Shown here piece by piece: positions 26,558-37,304 of a stretch of 64,000 nucleotides of DNA (positions are counted from its first letter, which is position 1; each line of letters opens with the position of its first letter). The DNA lies in NCBI GenBank assembly GCA_002633005.1, contig NMRA01000024.1, positions 186,001 to 250,000 on the forward strand, in the 5' to 3' direction. The position numbers and the translations under genes are program-made. Below the pieces are notes generated by a model. That model made no database searches. It was not told the DNA's origin and saw nothing but the letters and a program-made list of their open reading frames with translations. This stretch comes from Phoronis australis. Lineage: Eukaryota > Animalia > Phoronida.

Positions 26558-28939
26558 TTAATACTCATGTCTACTTGCTACACTAAACATGTCACAGCGA
26601 ACACGTTTCATTAGTCCAAGTTTATTCTCTATTATATACAAAAGTTCAAATATGGCGATAGCCAAACTTAAGTTTTGGAATCTCTGGACAATTTTGGTTG
26701 CGCTGACTACATAACTATTCTAACTTTTTATCAATCATCAAAAATGAAGAGTGGGCACAAGTTAACTATAACTGTTTCCTAGTAAAAAGTCTGGTTAAAC
26801 GAGATTGAAAAAATATTAAAATAAATAATCCAAGTGATAGTGTTAACTCTGATCAGCGTTTGTAAATCCACCGAGTATATCAATACGCACGGTCGTTTAT
26901 CTTCAATCGTACCTAATGTTAGTAGTTTTTAACTTATTAGATCATCGATTTTTAAAAATCGAAAGCGTTATTTGGTAGTTTTTCCAGTTGGACACCGCTG
27001 TGATGTTCGTTTTTAACGAACATTATTGGTTAATGCATTTTGAAAATTCATCATTATGTACAGGCAGAGATGTTTACTAGAGTTTACGGTCGGGTTATTA
27101 CACAGAATTGGGCCTTGCTTGCACCGGACAATGCGGTCACCATAATTATATCGGACTCCTGCGCCTCGCTCTCTTTGATCCTGGTAACAGCCGCTCCCAA
27201 GGATGAGCAGTGAAAATTCCCGCATATCTTTAGAGAAGCGTGCCTTCCTCATAAGCGTATTATTCACGGTACGATGGGTCTTCATTGGGAAACGTGCGCG
27301 GTGGTCACGACGGTTGCATTGTGCATAATTATTCCGAAATGTACGCACATCACGAAGTTCTGTCAACCAAGTTTTATGCCCAATGTGAGCCCGCCCATTG
27401 CATTGTTACTGTTGTTAAGACGGACCTGCCATGTGTCCAAGCACAAAATAGAGTAAAGCGTCGACCTTGGTGAATTGCACACTATTAACTTCGATCAAAA
27501 TGTCTCACCCTCATTTCACGAAATTTCTCAATACCAAAATTTTAAAGACCTAATTCGACCAAAGCTAAAATCGAAATTTAGTAGGCTTAAGACTGGACTT
27601 TTAATTTAAATGACGGCTAGCATCACTGTAAACACTTAAGGAACAAACTTCGGTGATATCTTTCACAATCTAATGCCCCTAAACAATGTTAAATTGTACA
27701 GGCTTTCCTCTTTAAGAAAAAAAAATTCAAGTTCAAATCTACGGTTTTATAGATATTTGGCTAAATACTTTAAAAAGTGCTTAAAACCACCATTTACTTT
27801 GTTTTTAAATGTGATTACATTGTCAGCACCTCATTCCCTCATAGCACTGCATATCATAATCGTGAATTCAATATCCTAAAAAACGAGAAAATAAATGAAC
27901 AGCGAATTCAACTGAAAGTTTCTCAGCTACGCAGACATGAGTGTGACGTACGAACGTCCCCAGCGCCATTGAGCCATGTCCCGGCACCAACACGCAAATT
28001 TCTTGTACAAATTCGTGCCATATCCTCGTCTCGCGGAAAAGTGGGAAGAGGTACAGCGTGGTCAAATACTAAGTTGTCTCAAAGACCTCAAAATTGTTAT
28101 AATTTATTTGTTTGTTATGTCACTCGGTGTTTTACTACATAGCTGCACACCTGAAGAAAGGAGATTGTTCCTACACGAGCGAATCGGTATCAAGCTTTCA
28201 AACAAAAAGTTTAGTATTGTTTGCGGATGATTTAATTTGACATCTGATCAACTTGTGGGTTGTTGTATGGAGTTTTTGACATGAAGTTGGTGATTTTAAG
28301 CTCATAAAGTAACAAGACACTTTTCATGAAACACCCCTGGTCGTATCTTCAGTGTAACCTAGCTGAACTTGATTTCCGTTTCGTTCTAAATGAGAGCTGA
28401 AAAGCAAGTATGGTGTAAAACCATGTGCAATATGTCCTATGATTCGACGTACTGTCATCCTCGTGGATATGGCGGATGGAGGTATTGGTGTATTAGAATT
28501 TCATCACTCGAATTTAGTGGCAGTACTGTCTCGCCCCTTGCTGGTTCCCTGCGTGTCCGCTATCGGGTAGAGAATACGTAAGTATTAATTAACTTTCCTC
28601 GGGAATTTTTTTTACGCCAGTGTTTCTGATTAGCTGGTCGAATTCTCAACAGGTAGCGCTTTACGTAATCAAACTGGAATGATTGATGGAGGAAGTGTAA
28701 ATGTGGATGTAGTTTGTGGTCTGTTGTAAAAACAAATCGGTGCATATTTCATGTTCAAGAAATGTGAATCAGAAAATTGTGGTTGTGCATTTCCGGAGTG
28801 CATTTTTCTACAGTCGTTGACTTTTGTTTACGTTGCTAACTTGTACTGTTAGTATGAATAATATACCGGTTAAATCGGCCAGATGTGTGTGCGCTGTACA
28901 TGTGTGTGCTTCAAGAACGCGGCTATTAAAAATTACTGC

Positions 28940-29795
28940 AGAAACAAAAGATTTGTTGTCACGTCGTTGACATGGTTAACAAGAGGATCGTGGTGTGTTG
29001 AAAGGCGCCCCCGAATGCACCACAAACGGTGTGCTTATTTGTTTCATAAAAATGGCTACTAGATAGTGCAAAAACGTCCAATCCACCCAAAAACGGGAAC
29101 ATGCTATCGCTTCTTTAATAGAAACATATTTATTAAATTTCATAAAATCTGTCAACAAACTGTAGAGAAACAAAGGAAAACGAAAAAAAAAAAAAAAAAA
29201 AAAAAAAATTGCCACTAGGAGGCACGAAGTTCGTCGGATCAGCTTGAAAGTCGTCGGCGTCTGTTGTTAGCTTCATATAAATAAACTTACTAAATTTAAT
29301 GAAGATCCTTCGGTGGGTTTAGGAGATACAGCTATGGGCGCAAAACAAAACAAAACTACCCCTAGGAGACGCCACAGTAGTCGAAGTGGTCATCGTCAAC
29401 TGTCCTCTTCACACTGATAACATATACGCCAATCTTCAAAATCATCCTTAGACGTAGAATGGTTTGGTTGATTGAGGGGTGGACGCAAAAATAGTCACTA
29501 GGTGGCGCAAAATACCTCCATTCTTTTGAAAACTGGAGGATAGCGTCACCTCACCAACAGATGCCTATACTCCAAATTTTACGAAAATCCATTGAGGACC
29601 GAAGATACAGAGGTAAACGTAAAAAACTAAAATTGACACTAGGGGGCACACTGGTTGTCATATCCGTCCGAAAGTCGTCGTCGTCCGTTGTCAACATCAA
29701 ATAAATACACTAGCTAAATTTAGTAAAAATTCTGCAAACGGTTTTGGAGATACAGACATGGACGGCGCCAATGTAGTCGAAGTCGTCGGAAAATC
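28940..29795. mobile_element. Helentron/DINE-1-type (HINE) element with ~140-bp internal tandem repeats, truncated copy A
   Basis: Recurring cactagg(a/g)ggc...aaattt...gatcc...ggagataca units; homologous to the fuller copy at ~62562-63471. Confidence 0.5.
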
Positions 29796-30989
29796 GTTGC
29801 TTTGTAGTATTACAGGAGGCGCGAAAACACGGTATGTTGAATCTCATTCATCCGGTATGAACCATGTTCTGGTGCTAAAACACATGAACTTTCTTTACAC
29901 CCATATTTGCTGTTCCAAAGCAACAAAATCGCTTTCTTATCCCGTGATTAATAGGCACCGTATACAAGAGCTGTCCAGACTTCTCCTGGCAGAAATACTG
30001 CCTTGGTCAGACTTAAACTTACCCGACAACCCAACAGTCTCGTCTAATGGAAATGGTCTGAAGCAATGACAATGAGGATTCTTAGTTGTCTTTTTCAAGC
30101 CTGCAAATCATTTACAATTAAAAAAAGCAACGAGGCGACGCCTCTATAACTGGACGCGGACTAAATCAAAGGTTGCTTTTTTACAGAATGCCCGGGTTTA
30201 TTGCACCCTTAAATGGCTAAAAGCCAGCGAGGATCGTCATAAAACTGACTGCAATATCCTAGCGTTTCCTGTTGGCATAAGCCTGGGTTCTCAGAGCCGA
30301 GTCCACCGAGTGCGATATTCCGGTTGATGACGTTTTCTGTGATTATTTTACTATAAATGCAATGAAAATATAGTCAGAGAAAGCATCGACCGACTCCTTC
30401 AAGATCTTGATGAGAGTGAAACGTTAATACTTCGAGAAGTTGAAGTTACTACGTAATAACACCATACACGATAAATTCGGCTCAATTTGCATGAAGACGA
30501 ATTTTTTTCTTCATCAAGATGTGGACATAGAATCGTGTTCCACGCCATTTTTGTGTTGTTGTGTACATTATGAAACCGTTCAGAGATTGTTGTAGTGGGA
30601 CAATGCTTCTCTACATCAACTTAGTCGACGTCTGCCCTTGATGTCTCATAAGCTGATGTAAACTCTTATTGTGTGGTACACAAAGATTATCACATTACCG
30701 ATGTAGTGTGTAGGGCATATAAATACTGTCTAAAATAAATTGGAATGTCAAGGACATAAACTGGTATTTTTAACGTGTTTATAGTTTCTGAAATTGAATT
30801 CCTCATGAAAAGTGACTGTAGATTGTAGATTCCTTCTTTCGCGGAAGAAATACTAATCAGCCAAAACGCTGCAATAGGTTTTCATAACTTAACAACAATT
30901 TTGAGTCGATCTGTGTTGACATTAATGTACTCATTCAGCGTGGTGCATTACCGGCGAGTGTCTCGAGTGACATCGAGTTACGATCCTGG

Positions 30990-31145
30990 CGCTTAACAAA
31001 AGAAAGATTGGTGTCAGGCTTCTGAAAATCGGTGTTGTCTGGACTAATGAGTACGTTGCAATGTAACTCCATATCAGTGGGAAATTTGATCAGTGAATGA
31101 TCCTGACTGAAGGTCGAGCAACAGCCAATCACAAGGTAGCTAGCG
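30990..31145 (-). pseudogene. Degenerate THAP-domain remnant
   Basis: VIGCCSTFSQDHSLIKFPTDMEL resembles a THAP N-terminus; conserved W and CxxH are lost. Confidence 0.4.
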
Positions 31146-31357
31146 ACCGATAAACGCGCCACGCAGTGGCGAGATTGAGAATATAGTGATATTTCCGGTG
31201 GATTTCAGTCGGAATACTGGGATAACAGTTGAATTGCTTTTATTAAAAATATAGTGTATGAGAAATAATTGTTCTAAAATGACCGAGATATGGTCCCGTA
31301 GTTCATACGATTCCTTCGATGACGACAGCACGGTCACCGGGCTTAGTTGACCATTAA

Positions 31358-33393
31358 GGTTATCTCCAACCTTATTTACTGGCCTCTATTCTAACTACTG
31401 GCCTCTATTCTAACTCGTATATCAAAAAACTAAGCTTTGTCAACTGGTAGAAGTGCATAATTTATTTTCTGAAAAAAAAGATTAGGAAATATGAAAATAT
31501 TTTTTGTATTAACGTACCGTTATTAGTTTTGCGTAAAAGCCTTTTTTAAGTCAAAATTTCATTTCTAAGAAAGGTACATTCATAGGAAAATAATCCCTCG
31601 GTCGAATTTAATGAAACTTTTTTTTAAATGCAAACTTCACCAGTTACCTCAAAAATGCTGTTAGGAATTTTCGGTTAGTCTTTTCGTTTGGGTTCTATGA
31701 CAAAACAACTCGTAAAACGTAAGGTACTTTGTAAAAAACACAAGTCATATTCGTCTTTGTTACATTACGCAAAAATAGACCTTGATAGCAAAAATTCGAA
31801 TAGTGTTTTTGAGACTGATGACTAAATATTAAATTTGGAAAGTTTCAGCGAAATCTACTAGCCATTTTTGAGAACTCGTGTTCCCAATTTCAAATGAAGT
31901 CGATTTGCCGAAGCCGAGAAAAAGCCGATTAAACTGGGAGAAGTGAAAATGTCTTCGCTTAATCATTCGGTAAAAGTTTGTTTTTGGTACACATAAGCTA
32001 GACAAGCCTTAAATATGTTCGCTATTTCAACATTCATTCGCAATGTCAACTGATTTTGCAGTGCGTAATTAACTTAATTATCATTATAAACGTTACGTTC
32101 CTAGCTAATTACTGTTGTTTGCGACCATTTAACCTACATGTACTTTTATATGTAAATAGGCCATAGTTCATTGTTAGACACATAGCCTGTACACGTCACG
32201 TGCTGGGAGTCTGATACGAAACCAAGTAAGAAATGGATAACAAAGATCGAATCGGTGGTTAAAGCATATCGTTAGCATGAGACCGAAACATTGAAATGTC
32301 AAATTATTATCAGGCAGTATCTTACTACCCACGATGCAAGTAACAAGCTCTTAGTTAACTTCCTGTTCGTTAACCCTTGCCCTTGCCAAGATCCGATATC
32401 TAGAATCTTCTACAGCAAGTTGTGAAAAAGAGATAAATCCTCACCCTAATTCCTTTATTTAATTAATAAGTTGTCAATTCCATGTTTCGATCTGATGCTA
32501 ACGACGTACTTTAACTACCGATTCGATTTTTGTCATCCATTTCTTACTTGGTTTCGTATCCAGTGTATCAGTCTCCACCACGTGCCTTGTAGTAGGCTAT
32601 GTGTATAACAATGAACTGTGACATATTTAGAAAGATAGTCGCAAATAACAGTAAAAGTTGGCTGGGAACGACACGTCTATTTGAGGTTTTAATGATAATT
32701 AAGTTAATTACGCACTGCAGAATCAATTGCGGGTGAACGTTGAAATAGCTAACATAGTTAGGGCTTGTATAGGGTATGTGTACGGAAAACAAGTTTTCAC
32801 CGAATAATTAACCGAAGACTGAGGTTTTCATTCGTCCCAGTTTAATTGGCTTTTTCTCGGCTTCGGCAAATCTACTTTATTTGAAATTAGGAACACTAGT
32901 TCTGAAAAATGGTGGTTTTCGCTGAAAATTTCCAAACTCAATATTTAGTGATCAATCTCAAAAACGCTGTTATTATTTTTGATATAAAGGTCTAGTTTTT
33001 GCGTAATGTGATAAAAACGAAATTCAATACGACTTCATTTTTTACCAAAATACCTTACGTTTTACGAGTTGATTTGTCAGAGAAACCAAACGAACAGACT
33101 AATCGAAAATTCCTAACAGCCTTTTTGAGGTAACTGGTGAAGTTTTCATTTAAAACAGGTTTCATTAAAATCGACCGAGGGGTTATTTTCCTATGAATGT
33201 AGCTTTCTTAAAAATGAAATTTTGACTTGAAAATGTTTTTACGTAAAATTATAAACGAACATAAACACAAAAAGTATTTTATATGTCCTGGTTTTTGTTC
33301 TTTCAGAAAATATATACTTTTACTAGTTGACAAAGCTTAATTTTTTCATATACGAGTTAGAATTGAGGCCACTATATAAGGTTGAAGATAACC
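31358..33393. mobile_element. ~2-kb foldback (long-TIR) non-autonomous element with TTAA TSD, Kolobok-like termini
   Basis: TTAA|GGTTATCTCCAACCTTAT ... ATAAGGTTGAAGATAACC|TTAA; arms ~31358-32110 and ~32680-33393 are reverse complements; inner arms at 32212-32280 and 32494-32560. Confidence 0.85.
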
Positions 33394-33416
33394 TTAATCA
33401 ATATTTATTCTGACAT

Positions 33417-33618
33417 GTATTAACAGATTGGCAATCCGTAGTAACAGATTGGCAATCCGTATTAACCGAAGGGCAATCCGTAATTACAGATTGGCAATCC
33501 GTATTAACCGAATGGCAATCCGTAATTACAGATTGGCAATCCGTTATTACAGATTGGCAATCCGTAATTACAGATTGGCAATCCGTATTAACAGATTGAT
33601 AATCCATATTAACAGATT
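33417..33618. repeat. 21-bp minisatellite (TGGCAATCCGTAATTACAGAT) x ~9.5
   Basis: Direct head-to-tail repeats without unique spacers. Confidence 0.95.
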
Positions 33619-33819
33619 CAAATTTTATTTTTTCATGGCATTAATGGGCCTTCGTAATTTTCAAATTCTTCGCCCCTAATAATGTATATGCGCACGTGCG
33701 ATCAAAGAAGTCGGTCTGGCAACACTGCTTCAAATCACTGTTGTTTTGATCAACCTCAAAGGTCAAAGGTCACATTTTCCATACATGTATAATTAAATGG
33801 GCTACGTCTATGTCTTGGC

Positions 33820-33846
33820 CATAGACATCGCAGTATTGTGTCTATG
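33820..33846. mobile_element. 27-bp CATAGAC...GTCTATG micro-element with 8-bp TSD
   Basis: gtcttggc|CATAGACAtcgcagtattgTGTCTATG|gtcttggc; related sequences at ~12383 and ~43867. Confidence 0.7.
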
Positions 33847-35440
33847 GTCTTGGCATACCAATAGAAGAATTGCTTTCCCGTGAGGGAGAAAAATCGACAG
33901 AGTGACGAGCAGTTGATAGAGAGTTTTTTTGAAATTTAAAACTAAAGGAAAAATGCTTGTCAGATTTGATAGGTAGATCTGTCATTGTATGACTTTTCAG
34001 ATGTTTGGATTAGCCACGGTGTGGCAAAGCAAGCGTATTTCTTAACGCTTTAGAGAGTTTTGGCTGCACGTTGGCGCTAACGCGAACGTTTGAGGTTAGC
34101 ATTCTTTGCTTACCACGTCATAATGTTGACTTACATTTTCGCGTCTCGCCAAACGGGGCGAAACAACGCAAAGAGAGCTGACCTCACGTAAATGCAAAAT
34201 TTGAATTTTAAGTGCCAATTAATAAAAGATGGTTAGTTGTATGCACGTTTTTATGTTTTTAGAAAGTTTAGTTTTCAAGGAGATTGTGCAGCGCGTAGTG
34301 CATGTGTCTTACTCGGTTGATTGTTTGAAATATGACCTTTGTCCTGTGTCCTTCGCGTTTCTCGGATAATCACAGAAAAGTTACAGTAAATGGGTGGTAA
34401 TAAGTGACATCGAAATACTCATATTTCATTGAGACTTTTCTCAAAGCCGTGAAGGTATTTGATGACTGTTGACAAGATTAGCATACGTAGTGAGACTGCA
34501 TGGCGCAATTTTGTGGGTTACTAACAGCTTTCGAAATGATCCTAATACACTCTGAACCTTTCGTAGGCTTCTTGGCGTTTTGACAGAGCAGCGAGTAATC
34601 TATCAATGACTTTTAAGAACACTCTGAACACTCAGGATTTGGGATTCAACAACTGAGTCGAGATCGCCGTAACTGTACAACCACTGTTACTGATTTCGGT
34701 TTGGTTTGCTTTCTCTGTTTGTTCCATGCGCAGCCAGTCAATCCCAAAATAATTCGCGAAGTTCGCAAACAACTAGACTTCCTGAAATGATTTTTTGACA
34801 CATCATCAAAATATTAAAATTGCTTTTGAAAGTATCTTCAAGTAAAACTTTAAGTATTTAAATGTATGCTACACGAGGGGTCGCAGCTGCGCTGTTACTC
34901 AAGGGGCCTTTACTCCGGAGGCTAATTATAGTACTTCGAATATTTTATTGTCACAGTATCGACCCATTCGGAAAGCTCCAACAATTTGGCGAATTGGGCA
35001 AAAAGGTCCGCCTCAGTGAAACAAAAAGTCCAAGTAAGCAAGACAAAAGTCAACAAAACCCACGGGAACTCGGAGCGGATGTACAATTCCTCGACCTGAA
35101 CCTAGTGGCCCCGTTTTTTCTTAGTCCTCGTTGTTTTCCTCCAGTAAAAGGTCCGCAAGTCGAAAAATTCGACACCTCCTATATTTTAGGGTGGGTGCGC
35201 GCATGTTGATTCATCTAAAAAATTTGGGGCCCGTGTGCTGGTCCTTGGTTCCTAACCAGTGTTGCCTGGGTGACGAGACTACTAATTAACCTGTCTAACG
35301 TTGGCTAAATGGGTGAACGTTATGCCGTTAATTTACGTAAAAGTGTAAAGTAAATATTTAGAGGAGTCAGGAAAGTATTTGCGGAGTAAAGTAATTATTT
35401 AAGCCTCTAAATATTTACTTTACGCCTTTATGTAATTTAA

Positions 35441-37304
35441 AGGCTAATGCCACCCGATTTAATTAGTCTTTTTTACCGTCTTAATCGGTCTGGGGCCACA
35501 TCGGCTCGTACACGGTCGACCTTACCTTGCCGAGAGGTGTCGCGTTAGCCTGTGAGGAAGGTGAGAAAGTCCGCAGCGACGTCAGTGGTTCGTATGCAGA
35601 GTGAATTCCGCCATGGTATGGTGTGTCGTTCCTGCCTGTTTGAACTATGAAGCGGCGAGGAAAGCGGGTACATCGTTTTTTCGATTTCCTCGAGAGCCCG
35701 AAATGCTTCAGAAGTGGCTCGCGGCAGTGAAAAATGACAAGTACGGAGCTCAAACCAAGTACAAGGCCGTGAAACATCTCCGTGTCTGTGTCCGACATTT
35801 CGTGGACAGTGATTTCACTGACGAATTCCGGCTTGCCAAACAACTCATGCCAGGGCAGAAAAAGCAACCGAGGCTGAAGTCAGATGCTGTGCCTAGTGTG
35901 TTGGCGTTCGGCAGGCACGAAGCAAAGAAACGTGGATCAGTTGTTTCCATTGTGGTGCAGTTAGCGCACGGACACCGTGACGGTTTTCGGAACTATCCAT
36001 CTGCTCCATTGTTTGTGCACGTTCATGGCGCCTCTCTAATACTTCTTGATCAGTGTACTCTAGCTGGTTTGAACTGATATCCTGAGAAAACTAACGATCT
36101 ACCTGGGAAGTCTTCGTCAGATGAGTACTCCTCCAAGTCGGGATTGCAAGTTGCCATGTTGACGTTTATTACTAAGCGTTGTGTTTCAAAATGAATTATT
36201 CTCACCCTAACCAATACTTATATATAAAACTGAAAGAAAGTGTGTCCCATTAGATGCAATTTGTAATGCCTTTGGAGTGTTCGTGAGAGCAAATGGTTTG
36301 AGAAGCCAGCAATGAATAAATCACTGCGTTACCGGCTTTAGGTGCAATAAACTAATTTGACAGGACACCGAGGCCGTGTGAGCGCAAGCTAATTCAGTGT
36401 TTGCTGACAGAATCTGTTGTGAAACAATAACTCGATATTCCATCCCACGGCCAGGTGTTAGGGGATCGAATCTTTATTTACTTATACATTATTCAAATAA
36501 TGATTGTCAATGTACTACTTCTGCCCTGGCGGTTCTGTGGCCAAACGGGAACCTGAATTCACGGCCCCCGACGAGTAGGCCTGAGTAGATTTGCGTGGCT
36601 TCACCAAAATAATCACGTGCACATTACTTCTTTAGCTCACTATTATAGTATTTTATTGACTTCAAGCTTAGTTTCCAACTTTGGCTGGTAAATGTTCGTG
36701 ATGTATTCAGTCCGGTCGCGACGGGCCTGATTGGGTTCCGAGCCACTGGCCGGGATAACGAGTCAGTCCGGCCGCGACGGGCCTGATCGGGTTCCGAGAC
36801 ACTGGCCGGGATAACAAGCGTTTTTTGTGTTTAGAACTAAAAAACACAAGTCTAAACAACACAGATCTAGATCCTACTGTCTGTATTTCTCGGAAAAATA
36901 CTTAGAATTTATCTCCGAACAGAACACGAACTCCTGATACGGACCTTTGTAAATTGGACTGCCGAAATTTGTTGGCTACGGTGTGTCCAAATACCAATAA
37001 ATCCGTAACAGTGAAATAAGACAACACGTTTTTATAAGAACTCGGTGTATTTTTAAGGGTTTTACATCGAAGTTTGATCATTTATTGGTGTTAAACGATG
37101 AATTCAAGCGATAAGCTGACACCAGTTAACCGTGTTGTGAACTGCTGAACAGACTGCGTGTGAAACCGATGACGTCAGTGGAAAATTTCATCACCTCCGT
37201 CTGCCGTCAGGTGTCAGGTAACGCAACCGTACGTGCCGCTATCGAGGAGAACTGTTCGATCTAAATTGATGCAAATTAGGTTGTTTTTTGGGTGGCATGC
37301 TCCT
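35441..37304 (+). mobile_element. Kolobok-like non-autonomous element carrying an intact THAP ORF
   Basis: TTAA flanks; TIR aggctaatgccaccc / gggtggcatgctcct; THAP ORF on +; convergent acidic ORF start MATCNPDLEEYSSDEDF...GYQFKP (- from 36157); 56-bp tandem duplication at ~36707-36818. Confidence 0.8.
35613..36077 (+). CDS. THAP zinc-finger ORF (transposon-derived, 154 aa from ATG)
   Basis: GCCATGG Kozak context; CVVPAC, FFRFP, W, VCVRHF and AVPS motifs all intact. The C-terminal ~45 aa probably read through a deletion junction. Expression unknown. Confidence 0.65.
   Translation: MVWCVVPACLNYEAARKAGTSFFRFPREPEMLQKWLAAVKNDKYGAQTKYKAVKHLRVCVRHFVDSDFTDEFRLAKQLMPGQKKQPRLKSDAVPSVLAFGRHEAKKRGSVVSIVVQLAHGHRDGFRNYPSAPLFVHVHGASLILLDQCTLAGLN

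Noticed and set aside
33398-33679. Repetitive ORFs (DCQSVIT)n / (RLAIRIN)n, or a CRISPR-like array
   Set aside because: Translations of a 21-bp minisatellite; no unique spacers, no cas genes, eukaryotic context.
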